Assembly: GCA_963816145.1 (NCBI GenBank)
Contig: CAWFJP010000003.1
Location: 192,001-256,000 of the forward strand
DNA length: 64,000 bases
Source of the DNA: an uncultured delta proteobacterium
Lineage (GTDB): Bacteria > Desulfobacterota > Binatia > UBA9968
Reading direction: 5' to 3'
Below the pieces are notes generated by a model that was not told where the DNA came from, did no database searches, and saw only the letters and a program-made list of their open reading frames with translations. Below are positions 27,259-37,412 of the stretch, piece by piece. The translations under genes were made by a program, and so were the position numbers. Numbering within the stretch: position 1 is the first letter of the stretch; the number at the start of each line of letters is the position of its first letter.

Positions 27259-28386
27259 ATGACGCAAAATCCTCGCATCGAAGCCTTGATGGCAGCCTTT
27301 CGTAAGACCACTTACTTTCGCTGGATGGCCAAGGAAGGTATCCCGGTGGTCGACGGTTATGGCGTCGAGGATGTGCGTGATGTCGCCACCGCGGCTTGGG
27401 CGCGCACCGGCGGCAAGGCGGCGTTCTTGAATCTCTACGGCATGGAAGGCGTCACCGGCATGTATGTCGGCGAAATCCCCGCCGGCGGCGCATTAAATTC
27501 GGAAAAGCATTTTTACGAAGAAGTGATCGTCGTCCTCGAAGGCCAAGGCGCCACCGAAGTTTGGCAGGACGGCGGTAAGAAACAGATGTTCGAGTGGGGT
27601 CCCTGGAGCCTGTTCGCGCCGCCGCTCAACACCTGGCACCGCCTGATCAACGGCGGCCGAACGCCAGTCAAATACCTATCGGTCAGCAATGCGCCGTTGG
27701 TCATGGACATCGTTCATAGCGACGATTTTATTTTTAACTGTCCATATAATTTCTCCGACCGCTATCCGGCCGACGACGGCTATTTCAATCAGGGACTCAA
27801 ACGCTACGAGTCCGGCATGCAGCATATCTGGGAGACCAATTTCATTAGCGATATCCAAACCGCCAACGTCGACAAGCGCGAGGTCAAAGGCGCCGGCGTT
27901 GGCATCACCCAGTTCGAAATAGCCGGCAACAGCTTGATCGGCCATCTGGCCACCTGGCCGGCGGCGCGCTATCACAAGGCGCATTATCACGGCGCCGGCG
28001 CAATTTTGCTGGGCTTGCAATCCTCTGGTTATGTCTTGCTCTGGTCGAAAGAATTGGGCACGCATCCTTTCGAGAGCGGGCGCGGTGATGAGGTCGTTGA
28101 AGTCAAGTGGAAAGCCGGCAGCGTCTATTGCCCCGGCGGCGGATGGTTCCATCAACATTTCAACACCGGCGCCGTGCCGGCACGCCATTTAGCTCTGCGC
28201 TACGGCAGCCGCATCCATCCCATCGGTTTCAAGATTGCCGACAAACGCAGTGAAGACGGCGTCTACATCGATGTCAAACAAGGCGGCACGCTGATCGAGT
28301 ACGCCGACGAAGATCCCTATATTCGCAGACACTACGACGATGAATTGAAAAAGACCGGGGTAAGAAGCGCGATGCCAACTCTTTGA
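27259..28386 (+). CDS. Bicupin domain protein
   Basis: EKHFYEE...PLNTWH and HKAHYH...WFHQHFN cupin motifs. Confidence 0.88.
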   Translation: MTQNPRIEALMAAFRKTTYFRWMAKEGIPVVDGYGVEDVRDVATAAWARTGGKAAFLNLYGMEGVTGMYVGEIPAGGALNSEKHFYEEVIVVLEGQGATEVWQDGGKKQMFEWGPWSLFAPPLNTWHRLINGGRTPVKYLSVSNAPLVMDIVHSDDFIFNCPYNFSDRYPADDGYFNQGLKRYESGMQHIWETNFISDIQTANVDKREVKGAGVGITQFEIAGNSLIGHLATWPAARYHKAHYHGAGAILLGLQSSGYVLLWSKELGTHPFESGRGDEVVEVKWKAGSVYCPGGGWFHQHFNTGAVPARHLALRYGSRIHPIGFKIADKRSEDGVYIDVKQGGTLIEYADEDPYIRRHYDDELKKTGVRSAMPTL

Positions 28387-28480
28387 AGGCTCAAATCGTT
28401 CAATCCGAATCAAAAAACGTTGATCCTTGATCGTTTGAACGGATTTTGAAACATCCCTGCCGGAGATCGAAAGCGAAGCT

Positions 28481-29824
28481 ATGCCGGAAACCAAACTGCG
28501 CGACAAATTTTCCGCCTCGAGTCGATTTCTCAAAAGCGAAATTTGGCGCATCCAGGCGCGCAAATTAAATCGTCGAGAACTTTTCTATATCAACCCGCTC
28601 AGGATTCTGCTTTTGGCGATCCGCCGATTCTTTGAGGACAAGTGTGAATTGCGCGCGTCGGCTTTGACCTTTTACACCTTGCTTTCGATCGTGCCCGTGG
28701 TCGCGATGGCTTTCGGCGTCGCCAAGGGATTCGGCCTGGAGAAAATCCTCGAAACCCAGCTGCTCGCCAAACTGGAAGGACAGCCGGAAATCGCCGATCG
28801 CCTGATCGGCTTTTCCCGCACCCTGTTGGAGAACACCAAGGGCGGCGCCATCGCCGGGGTTGGTGTGGCGGTTTTGTTTTGGAGTGTCATCAAAGTTTTA
28901 GGCAATATTGAAAGCGCTCTCAACGATATTTGGGGCATCCCCAGAGCGCGCGCCTTGGGCCGCAAGCTTGCCGATTATTTGTCGGTAATGATGATCTGTC
29001 CGGTGCTGTTGATTATCGCCAGCAGCACGACCCTGTTGGTGACCACGCAAATTACCGCGATGATCGAAAAGCTCGCCTTCCTCGGGTATGCCGGCGGCGT
29101 GATCATTTTTCAAATCAAGCTTTTGCCGTACACCGTGATATGGATTTTGTTCACTTTCATGTATGTTTTTTTGCCAAACACTAAGGTACAGCTTAAATCG
29201 GCAATCTGGGGCGGCATCCTGGCGGGGACAATCTATCAACTGACGCAGTTCGCCTACATCAAATTCCAGGTCGGGGTCTCCAGTTACGGTGCGATCTATG
29301 GCAGCTTCGCGGCGCTGCCGCTCTTTCTGGTCTGGCTGCAATTAAGCTGGCTAATCGTTCTCTTCGGCGCTGAAGTCTCCTTTGCCCATCAGAATGTCGC
29401 GGCTTATGAGTTCGCCGCGGACTGTGCCAGTCTCAGCCATCGTTTCAAACGCACGATAGCGCTGTTCATCACGAATCATTGCGTCAAGGCGTTTGTCCAG
29501 GCGCAGAACGCGCCGACCGCCGAAGCGATCGCCCAAGAATTGGAAATTCCCATCCGCTTAGTTCGATCGACGATTTTCGAATTGACGGAAGCGCGGATTC
29601 TTGCGGAGGTTTACCACGGCGACCTCGCCGAGATCGGCTACCAGCCGGGGAGTCCGCTCGACCAGATGACAATAGCCAATATTTTGGGCGCGCTCGACCG
29701 CCATGGCGCGGATGCTCTCCTGCTGGCGGACTCCCCCAGACTGGACAAGTTGCGCGAGATCACGCGTAAGTTCGACGAGATCTTGGAAACCGCTCCGGCG
29801 AATCTAAAGATTCAAGACTTGTGA
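28481..29824 (+). CDS. YihY / BrkB family membrane protein with C-terminal winged HTH
   Basis: RASALTFYTLLSIVP, IYGSFAALPLFLVW; Rrf2-like C-terminus. Confidence 0.9.
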   Translation: MPETKLRDKFSASSRFLKSEIWRIQARKLNRRELFYINPLRILLLAIRRFFEDKCELRASALTFYTLLSIVPVVAMAFGVAKGFGLEKILETQLLAKLEGQPEIADRLIGFSRTLLENTKGGAIAGVGVAVLFWSVIKVLGNIESALNDIWGIPRARALGRKLADYLSVMMICPVLLIIASSTTLLVTTQITAMIEKLAFLGYAGGVIIFQIKLLPYTVIWILFTFMYVFLPNTKVQLKSAIWGGILAGTIYQLTQFAYIKFQVGVSSYGAIYGSFAALPLFLVWLQLSWLIVLFGAEVSFAHQNVAAYEFAADCASLSHRFKRTIALFITNHCVKAFVQAQNAPTAEAIAQELEIPIRLVRSTIFELTEARILAEVYHGDLAEIGYQPGSPLDQMTIANILGALDRHGADALLLADSPRLDKLREITRKFDEILETAPANLKIQDL

Positions 29825-29903
29825 GCCCATCAGTATTTCTGACCATTGCCGGCTTTGCGTTTTTGTCGGAGTTAATCCGAATCCCATGTTCGCGATCGGC
29901 AGA

Positions 29904-30890
29904 CTACCTGCGGCCGTAAAGCTTATCGATAAAGCCGCTGCTGCGCATTTGATCGACGAAACGGAGGTCGACGAAGTCCTCGGCTTTGGCCTTGGCGACC
30001 TTGGGATCCCATGACGATTGGATTTCGAGCGTATTGCGCAAGCCTTCCAGAGTTGGATAGGTGTCTTCGACGAACAATTTGTAGTAGGCCGCGTAGGCGC
30101 CTTCGAGGATCGCTCGATCGGCGCCACGGGTGTATTTGCTCATGATCTTAAAGGTCTCTTCCTTGTTGGTCTTGAAGAAGTGAACCCCGGCGGCGATCGC
30201 TTCGGCCATGCGCCGCACGGTGTCGGGCTGTTCGCGAATCATCTTGGTGGAAGTCACCGTGCAGGTGAATAGAAACGGCACTTTGAGTTCGGCCAGATCG
30301 ATAATCACTTTCTGGCCGACTCTCTCCCCTTGAATCTTCTCGGCGTCGCTGACGATGGTGAATTCCGCCTGACCGTTGATCAAGGCGCCGATACGTGCCG
30401 GCCCACCGCCGACGGTGATCGCTTTGATCTGATTGTACGGCAGGTTGATACTCTTGAGTCCGAGCCGCAGAGCGAAGTCGGCGGCCGTGCCCGGTATATG
30501 CACCGCCGCGGTGCGCCCCTTGAGATCATCGCGCGATTTGATCGTCGGATTACCGATAATGTAATAAGGCAGCGTGTTGACCACGCCGTTGATGATCGCG
30601 ATATTGCCACCGGCTATCTTGCCGTTGATTGCCGAAGTTCCCACCGCTTCGGTGAAGCCAAGGTCACCGGCCAAAAGTGCTTGAATGCCGCGGCTGCTGC
30701 CGTCGATGAAAACCAGGTCGATATCCAAGCCATATCTTTTAAAAATTCCGGTTTCCTTGGCGATCCATTGCGGCACCGACGAGCTCGGTGAGTCTGAGAT
30801 ATAGGCGATGGTAATCTTGGCTTGGGACGGCATGGCCGTCCCCATCAACAAAATGATGGTCAGAAACATCCGGCGAAAATATTTCGACAT
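29904..30890 (-). CDS. NitT/TauT-family substrate-binding protein
   Basis: Signal peptide ending PSQA; WIAKETGIFKRYGLD; DLKGRT. Confidence 0.9.
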   Translation of the reverse strand: MSKYFRRMFLTIILLMGTAMPSQAKITIAYISDSPSSSVPQWIAKETGIFKRYGLDIDLVFIDGSSRGIQALLAGDLGFTEAVGTSAINGKIAGGNIAIINGVVNTLPYYIIGNPTIKSRDDLKGRTAAVHIPGTAADFALRLGLKSINLPYNQIKAITVGGGPARIGALINGQAEFTIVSDAEKIQGERVGQKVIIDLAELKVPFLFTCTVTSTKMIREQPDTVRRMAEAIAAGVHFFKTNKEETFKIMSKYTRGADRAILEGAYAAYYKLFVEDTYPTLEGLRNTLEIQSSWDPKVAKAKAEDFVDLRFVDQMRSSGFIDKLYGRR

Positions 30891-31026
30891 ACAGTCTCCC
30901 CCGCTCAACCAAGCGTTATGAGTTGGTTCGTTTCATCGGCCTCGCAATTTGAATAGCTCGATGGCCCTTGTTCGCGTGCAGCGTGCCAGTTGTCAATCGG
31001 CAAACTGGCGTTGACGCGGACCGTTG

Positions 31027-31536
31027 CTATTTTTGCGGCGCCCGGCGGAAGCGGCTTCGCAGGGTGAGTTCACGGAGCTTAGCAATGCTGAGTATTTCTT
31101 GAACACGGCTGCCGTCCGCCAGCTGATAATCGAGATGAACCTCCTGCTCCCCCCAGGAGACGCGGAAGGAATGGGGTTCGACGCGGTCCAGATGACGGCC
31201 GAGCGTGCGCAATAACTGCGGCAGATTCTTGGTGGCGCTCGTCGGCGCGGAGAAGCGCTTGCGCCGCTTGCGCTTCCCTTGCGCATCCAGCCAGGAGACA
31301 TAGCTGTCTTCGTAATGCAGCGCGCCGTCCTCGCGAAATAGTTTGGCGTGGCGCCGGGTACTCGTCTGAGTCTCCCAAATCTTTTCCGATACATTAGGTT
31401 TTATCAACTTCGCGGGATCGACCGGTACGGCGCTGCGAACGACGAATCCTGGCCCAACTTTCTCTAGGACGAACCTGGTTACGCCGAGAAATTGCAGCGA
31501 ATCACCGACCGCTCTGAGAAATTTCGAATGGGGCAT
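31027..31536 (-). CDS. Hypothetical protein with internal LRxxGxxL repeat
   Basis: FLRAVGDSL ... LLRTLGRHLD; homologous to 32875-33357. Confidence 0.7.
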   Translation of the reverse strand: MPHSKFLRAVGDSLQFLGVTRFVLEKVGPGFVVRSAVPVDPAKLIKPNVSEKIWETQTSTRRHAKLFREDGALHYEDSYVSWLDAQGKRKRRKRFSAPTSATKNLPQLLRTLGRHLDRVEPHSFRVSWGEQEVHLDYQLADGSRVQEILSIAKLRELTLRSRFRRAPQK

Positions 31537-31616
31537 AATGACGTATTATAGCCGATCCCAGGGCTCCTTGGCGACAGGCAAGCGCTTGTCTCTAAAAACC
31601 GAGCAACGCGGTAACG

Positions 31617-32435
31617 TCAGTCCTTTTCCAGCTTCATCGTGCCCGATACCGGGCGCAGTTTTTTCTCGACGAATTGTTCCAATCCGGGCCGGCCGCCTTG
31701 CTCGCGGATGATCCGCTCGGAAATAAAGTTGGAGATCAGGAAGCCGATATCCGGCGACGCTTTCATACTGGTGTACCAAGCCTCTTTGACGGCGCGTAAC
31801 GCCCGCGGGCTCTTTTCGGACAGGCACTTGGCAAATTCATCGACCTCGGTATCGAGTTCCGCGCGCGGCACCACCCGCGAAATCAGGCCGATCCGTTCGG
31901 CTTCGAGCGCCGACATCGTCTTTCCCGACAAGGCGTAATAGAGTCCATGCTTCGATTGCAAATAATTGGCCAGGATCGGCGTCGTTTCGCCGGCGGGAAA
32001 ATGGCCGAAGTTGACTTCCGGCAAACCGAACTTGGCGTCGTCGGCGGCGATCGCCACGTCGCAGCCCACCGTTACCGTGAGCGCGCCACCCAAACACCAG
32101 CCGGAGATGCGCGCGATGATCGGTTGCGGCAAAGTGCGCAAGAGTTCGGTGCGCCACTTGCGCACTTTTTCGCGGATCTCGTCCTTTACCCATTCAGGCT
32201 GCGATTCCATTTCAAGGCCATACTGTTTCAAATCTTGCCCGGCACAGAAGTTATCTCCGGCGCCGGTTAGAACTACGACCTGGGTTTGCTTGTCGTAGCG
32301 CAGTTCGGTCAAGACTTGGTACATCTCGCGATGCAGTTGCGGGCTCATGGCGTTGCGCTTTTCCGGTCGATTGAATGTAATCGTGGTGATGCCGCCGTCG
32401 CGGGTGAGCAATAATGTTTCAAATGTCTCGGTCAT
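31617..32435 (-). CDS. Enoyl-CoA hydratase/lyase (crotonase, hydroxycinnamoyl-CoA hydratase-lyase-like)
   Basis: FNRPEKRNAMSP, FCAGQDLK, GWCLGG, FGLPEVNFG. Confidence 0.9.
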   Translation of the reverse strand: MTETFETLLLTRDGGITTITFNRPEKRNAMSPQLHREMYQVLTELRYDKQTQVVVLTGAGDNFCAGQDLKQYGLEMESQPEWVKDEIREKVRKWRTELLRTLPQPIIARISGWCLGGALTVTVGCDVAIAADDAKFGLPEVNFGHFPAGETTPILANYLQSKHGLYYALSGKTMSALEAERIGLISRVVPRAELDTEVDEFAKCLSEKSPRALRAVKEAWYTSMKASPDIGFLISNFISERIIREQGGRPGLEQFVEKKLRPVSGTMKLEKD

Positions 32436-32874
32436 GAAGCTTCTCCTTTGCCGTTGGTTGGAATCAATTTGACACAGACGAGCTTACTAGGCCAACCTTT
32501 GGAACAATTTGCGGCTGTAATTACTGGCGGCCCCATGATCAAGCGTATACCCGCCATGCTGTTTCGGTTTCTATCCATACAACTCCCATCGGCATAAGTC
32601 TCATTCTTGACAGGCAACCGGACAGTTTCGAGAGCTCGAATCATTTAATATGCTTGGGTACCGACACCCCTTTCAAAACAAACCACGATCTGACCAAGGC
32701 CGTGTTGCGGTGCACTTCCCAGTAAGAATAGACGGCGGGAAAGTTTCGTGACTCGAAAACGTTGCCGCGTCGGAGTGTTGCCTCCGATACTATTGGATGG
32801 TAAAGCCGTTGACCCACGGCGGGCGGTGATTAGACCGGTTGCGTCGCCTTGGGGAATGCGATAAGAGCCTCGCT

Positions 32875-33357
32875 ATGGCGCCGATTTATAGCCATGCACG
32901 GGAGCTTAGAACCATAGGGCAGCAACTCGACAAGCAGGGTATCGATATATTCGATCTACGCTATGTGGAGGGCGATTATCTGCTGGAATGCGCCGATCCG
33001 AACCCGCCGTTCACCGATCTGATCCATCTGCGATACTCGGACTTCGAGCTCAAATCACTGGAGCTCGCCGCGGCCCAGGCACGCAGCGCCGGATTCACGC
33101 ATGTTAATTTCCAGAGCATGGCGGAATCGCTTCGCGCGGCCGGTCGCTATGTCGAGAGACTCAACGCCAAGCTGCTACGCATTTCGGCCCCGGATGCTGG
33201 ATTGGACGGTATCCTGTTTAAAATCGAGTACCAGAGCCGTGACGGTCGTCACTGCTTCGAAGATATCCGTAACAACGACCTCGCAGAGGTGGCGATACGC
33301 ATGTATAAAGAGCGCGCCCGAATTAGCAGTTCACGAGATCCTCGCTCCGAGACGTAA
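32875..33357 (+). CDS. Hypothetical protein with internal LRxxGxxL repeat
   Basis: ELRTIGQQLD ... SLRAAGRYVE; homologous to 31027-31536. Confidence 0.72.
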   Translation: MAPIYSHARELRTIGQQLDKQGIDIFDLRYVEGDYLLECADPNPPFTDLIHLRYSDFELKSLELAAAQARSAGFTHVNFQSMAESLRAAGRYVERLNAKLLRISAPDAGLDGILFKIEYQSRDGRHCFEDIRNNDLAEVAIRMYKERARISSSRDPRSET

Positions 33358-33405
33358 TCGAGCCGTCGAATCTCTAACTCACTCCCCGACACCCATCTAA
33401 GAATT

Positions 33406-34872
33406 TCAGCCACGCCGCTCCAGGCGAATCGCCAAATCGCCCCGCTGCACGACCACCTGGCGAAATCTTTTCTGCTTACTCAGCCCGTCGATCAACAGCA
33501 TCAACGGCTGCCGCACGCTCGAGTATGGCCACAGCGGTTGCGCGGCTTTCATGTTCTCGACGTCCTCTCGGCCGGCAAAGTAGCGCAACAACAATTCATC
33601 GTCGGAGATCCCGGCGCCATCGAGTTTGGCGCGAAACTGTCGCAGCGTCGGATCGGGAGCGTGCCAATTCCTTAATTCGCGCGCCCGCGGCCGGTCGAGG
33701 ATCTTGTCTTTTATATCGGCATTGATGGATGAACTTTCCTCTTCCCCCCAGCTGCCGAGCGCGTAGTGAATCAATTCGTCGGTAACTTCCTTGTAGCGCT
33801 CGCCGAGAATGACGTTCATCGCCGCCTGCACGCCGACGAACTGCGAGTACGGCGTCACCATGATCGGGTAGCCCAACTCCTGGCGCACCTGCGCAGTCTC
33901 TTCGAGCACCTCGCCAACCCGATGCGCCATCCCGAGCTTGCCCAACTGAAAGCGAAAATTGGAAATCATTCCGCCCGGCACTTGATGGCGGTAGTGATAG
34001 CTGTCGTATTCGCGCGGTTCCCCTAGAGCAAAGCCTTCGCGCTTGGCAATGAAGTTGAAGTGATCTTCGACCGGCTTCAGTACCGCTTGATCGATGGCGG
34101 TAAGATAACCCAAGGCCCGGGCGTTTCGCGCGACGCTGAACAGCGACGGGTTGGATGAACCGTTAGCCAGCGGCGGGATCGCCGTGTTGATCGAACGGAC
34201 GCCCAACTTGATCGCTTCGTAACAGCACATCGGCCCAAGCCCGGTAATACAATGGGTATGAAACTCGACCGGGATAGCGCCGACAGCGGCGAGCACGGTG
34301 GGCACTAACGTTCGGGTGCGCTCCGGCGTCAAAAGCGCGCCTGGGTCCTTGATGCAAATCCGCGCCGGGCGCAGTGCGGCGGCTTGACGGGCGCGTTCGA
34401 GGTAGTAACCATCGGTATGTTTGGGCGATTCTGAAAAGGTCAGATTGATGATCGTCGCCACTCCGACTTGGTTGGCTGAGCGCACCATCTCGGCCCAATT
34501 CGCTGCGGTGTTGGACGGATCGGAACTGCGCAATTCGCGAATCCCGTTGGCCGCCAACCGTTCGAGCCACAACTGAGAGGCACAAGCCGGGGTCACCTGA
34601 AAGCCGGCCATGTAGCGGTTACGGATACCGCGCAGCGGTGTTTTGTTGACGCGCTGGCGCATCAGCCGAATGCGCTGCCAAACGTCTTCTTTGAATTCTC
34701 GGCAGGCTTTTTTGAAGAACGACGGCGCAACCAGTTCGATGGCTTCGAACCCCGCTTGGTCCATGCGCGCGGCGATCGGCAGGATCATGCCAGTTAGCAT
34801 GCCCTCGGCCCACAAACTCTGATGGCCGTCGCGCAGCGTGGTGTCGACGAAGCGAATCTCATCCATGATCAT
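33406..34872 (-). CDS. Pyruvate carboxylase B / oxaloacetate decarboxylase alpha-like carboxyltransferase (no biotinyl domain)
   Basis: DTTLRDGHQSL, CIKD, FHTHC, HQVPGGMISN, GYPIMVTPYSQFVG; no AMKM. Confidence 0.88.
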   Translation of the reverse strand: MIMDEIRFVDTTLRDGHQSLWAEGMLTGMILPIAARMDQAGFEAIELVAPSFFKKACREFKEDVWQRIRLMRQRVNKTPLRGIRNRYMAGFQVTPACASQLWLERLAANGIRELRSSDPSNTAANWAEMVRSANQVGVATIINLTFSESPKHTDGYYLERARQAAALRPARICIKDPGALLTPERTRTLVPTVLAAVGAIPVEFHTHCITGLGPMCCYEAIKLGVRSINTAIPPLANGSSNPSLFSVARNARALGYLTAIDQAVLKPVEDHFNFIAKREGFALGEPREYDSYHYRHQVPGGMISNFRFQLGKLGMAHRVGEVLEETAQVRQELGYPIMVTPYSQFVGVQAAMNVILGERYKEVTDELIHYALGSWGEEESSSINADIKDKILDRPRARELRNWHAPDPTLRQFRAKLDGAGISDDELLLRYFAGREDVENMKAAQPLWPYSSVRQPLMLLIDGLSKQKRFRQVVVQRGDLAIRLERRG

Positions 34873-35363
34873 TTGCCTTCGGTATCGAGATACTTCCAGG
34901 CGCTAAAAGTCGCCGCCTGCCCGTAGGGCGCGCCCCGTTCGTCCAACACCGTCCATACGGTCGCCGTGTCGATCAAAAAACGCCGACCGGTTCTGGAAAT
35001 GCGAACGCCGCGGTAATCGTCGATATATCCCTGCCGTGTCACGGTGTCGAGCAAGCGTGCGCGTTCATCGCGATGTACCGGCTCGGCCGTCAAGCGCGAT
35101 GGCGTTTGACTCAGCTCCTCCCAGTTAAGCTCGAAGAGCTGCATGGCGGCGCGATTGCCATAATTCAAAATCGGATCGGCTGCCGTATCGTGCGATAGCA
35201 GCGCAAACGGTGCAGCAAATAGCTGCCGCGCCTGCTCGACCCTTGGCAGCTGCGGATCGACCAGATCGCGCCCTGTCCAACGGCGTAGGCTAACGAGCAA
35301 GAGAGCGACGTGTTCAGCGGAGAATTGGTTCGCTTCGCAGGGTTCACTATTCGGGAAATTCAT
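34869..35363 (-). CDS. Stand-alone MEKHLA (PAS-like) domain protein
   Basis: APFALLSH..ADPILNYGN, PSRLTAE, YRGVRISRTGRRF, GQAATF. Confidence 0.9.
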   Translation of the reverse strand: MNFPNSEPCEANQFSAEHVALLLVSLRRWTGRDLVDPQLPRVEQARQLFAAPFALLSHDTAADPILNYGNRAAMQLFELNWEELSQTPSRLTAEPVHRDERARLLDTVTRQGYIDDYRGVRISRTGRRFLIDTATVWTVLDERGAPYGQAATFSAWKYLDTEGK

Positions 35364-35416
35364 GGCACATGCAGAGAAACAGTGAGATTGGTTAAACCTA
35401 TGGCATGATACTCAAC

Positions 35417-35442
35417 GGGGCCGGTGCTATGCACCCGGCCCC
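35417..35442. terminator. GC-rich hairpin, possible terminator of the flavoprotein gene
   Basis: GGGGCCGG-TGCTATGCAC-CCGGCCCC; weak U-tract. Confidence 0.4.
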
Positions 35443-35477
35443 GCTAGCGACAATCTACCGACGAAACGAAGCCTTGC

Positions 35478-37208
35478 TCATCCCCTGCTCGGCTCCTTCG
35501 CCGCATTGACTCCAGAAATGAACCCCTGAGTCGTGCAGCGGCCCAAGCCGTGCTGGTTGAAGCCGCCGGCGCTTTCGCCGGCGCAGAACAGGCCGGGGAT
35601 GACCTGGCCGTTCATATCAAGGACTTGGCATTTGGCGTTGATGCGCAAACCGGAGCGGGTGTCATGGACATTCGGGGTGTCCCAAGCAGCGTAGAATGGC
35701 GGTTTTTCGATCTTGTACTTGGGCGATGGCTTGCCGAATTCCTCGTCCTTGCCGGCATCGACGAAGGAATTATACCGTGCCACGGTGGCTTCCAACACTT
35801 CGCCCTTCATCGGTTTCGCTTGGAATTCGCTTTTGATCTTGCCGGCAAGTTCTCTCAAAGTGTTGGCGCTGAAGAAATATCCGTCAGGATCGACGTGCGG
35901 CGGTTCGACGATCCATTTGTTGCGCGCCACCGCGTCGGCGTCAAAGATCGCCCAGATCGGACCGGCGGAATATTCCGGCGGCTCCGAGTATTCGTTCATC
36001 GCCACCGCGGCATTGAAAAAATTATACTGCGTCGGGTGATAATGAATGTTTTCGTTGTTGCGATAATCGTTGGGTGTGTAAGGATCGATATCCCCGGCAA
36101 CATTGCCGTGCGGGTAGTCGCCTTTGGTCTCATCGTAGAAGCGCTTGCCCACCTGATTGACCAGGATAACGTTCTGCCAGTCCTTTAACGTCAGGCCGAC
36201 CGCTTTGACCAAAGGAAATATCGGCGACTCCAATTCCCAATTCATATAGTTCCACTTGGTGCCGAGCACGCGTTGAGTGCGGATCTGATCGCCGACCTCC
36301 AGGGTCTGGTTGACCAGGCCCCAAAGCGACGCGCCGATCTCCATGGCGGCGCGCTCGCCGCTGGCGTCTTGATAGCTGTAGGGTTCGCCGGCGACGGTGA
36401 GCACTTCGGTCAAGCGTGGATCGAACATGCGGCGGAAATTCACGTCGCTGGTCATGCCGCCGGTGGCGACGATCACGCCCTTCTTGGCGCGGATGCGCAT
36501 GGTCGGCTTGGTGCTATCGATGTTGCCGTCGGAACGAAAGCTTTTCAGCGGCGTCGATTGTCCCGGCATGATGCGCGGCGAGTATTCGGCGGTGATACCG
36601 AGAACCGCGCCGCTCTTCTGCCCCTCGCGAACGAAGCCGGTCATCTTATATCTGAGCAAAAACTTCGCGCCCTTTTTCCGCGCGCTATCTTCCAACGGCC
36701 GGATCACGCCGGTGCCGGGGCGCGCATTGGGACTTTCCAGGCCGGCTCCTTTGGTCCAGAAGGCATGATTTTCTCGCGGCGCGGTGTTGCCTAGACAATG
36801 TCCACCCTGATTGTCGGGCGGGATTTCCTTGAACTTGACGCCGTTCTCGAGCAGGAATTCGAAGGTCGGCGCGCAATGGTCGGCGAAGGCGCGCATGACC
36901 TCGCGATCGTTGTACCGATAGTTCGGCCAGCCGTTGTTCTCGACCACGGTCCAGTCGGTGAGGTCGCTGAACACGATGTCGGGAGAATCCTTGATGCCAT
37001 ATTTTTTTTGCGCGCTAGTGCCGCCGCCTAGCGGCACGTTGCCGCCGCTGACGATCGCATGGCCGCCGACATCGTAGTTGGCCTCGACCACGATCACCGT
37101 AGCGCCCCCATCGCGCGCCTTGACCGCCGCCGGCAGACCCGCCGCCCCGGCGCCGATCACCACGACGTCCGCCTCGAGATCCCAGCCGTTCGCTCCTGCT
37201 TGTGCCAT
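35478..37208 (-). CDS. FAD-dependent oxidoreductase (FAD_binding_2; flavocytochrome c / KstD-like)
   Basis: VVVIGAGAAG, SGG, VIVATGG, VNQVGKRF.DE, IPGLFCAGE. Confidence 0.9.
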   Translation of the reverse strand: MAQAGANGWDLEADVVVIGAGAAGLPAAVKARDGGATVIVVEANYDVGGHAIVSGGNVPLGGGTSAQKKYGIKDSPDIVFSDLTDWTVVENNGWPNYRYNDREVMRAFADHCAPTFEFLLENGVKFKEIPPDNQGGHCLGNTAPRENHAFWTKGAGLESPNARPGTGVIRPLEDSARKKGAKFLLRYKMTGFVREGQKSGAVLGITAEYSPRIMPGQSTPLKSFRSDGNIDSTKPTMRIRAKKGVIVATGGMTSDVNFRRMFDPRLTEVLTVAGEPYSYQDASGERAAMEIGASLWGLVNQTLEVGDQIRTQRVLGTKWNYMNWELESPIFPLVKAVGLTLKDWQNVILVNQVGKRFYDETKGDYPHGNVAGDIDPYTPNDYRNNENIHYHPTQYNFFNAAVAMNEYSEPPEYSAGPIWAIFDADAVARNKWIVEPPHVDPDGYFFSANTLRELAGKIKSEFQAKPMKGEVLEATVARYNSFVDAGKDEEFGKPSPKYKIEKPPFYAAWDTPNVHDTRSGLRINAKCQVLDMNGQVIPGLFCAGESAGGFNQHGLGRCTTQGFISGVNAAKEPSRG

Positions 37209-37282
37209 CGTTCTAACCTCCAATTTCGAATGTCAAATTTAGATTCGATTACAACCGGCGGAGGAAAAATACAAGGGAAAAC

Positions 37283-37314
37283 AATGGAGAATTGAGAATT
37301 GAAAATGGAGAATG
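37283..37314. repeat. Heptamer tandem repeat (AATKGAR)
   Basis: AATGGAG AATTGAG AATTGAA AATGGAG AATG in a divergent intergenic region. Confidence 0.65.
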
Positions 37315-37412
37315 CGAAGAGGATCTCGGTTCAGCTATCCAGTTTGGTTAACGATCAGCGGGGAGATGTGATATGAGGATCCGATCCACAACGATTTGCC
37401 AGAGGAGTAGCC

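Noticed and set aside
30975-30989. Sigma54-like TGGCAC-N5-ACGC upstream of the SBP gene
   Set aside because: The -12 element deviates from TTGC and no supporting activator sites are evident.
32436-32874. Possible riboswitch or tRNA in long intergenic regions (also 43910-44070)
   Set aside because: Only generic hairpins; no cloverleaf, TTCGA arm or recognisable riboswitch consensus.
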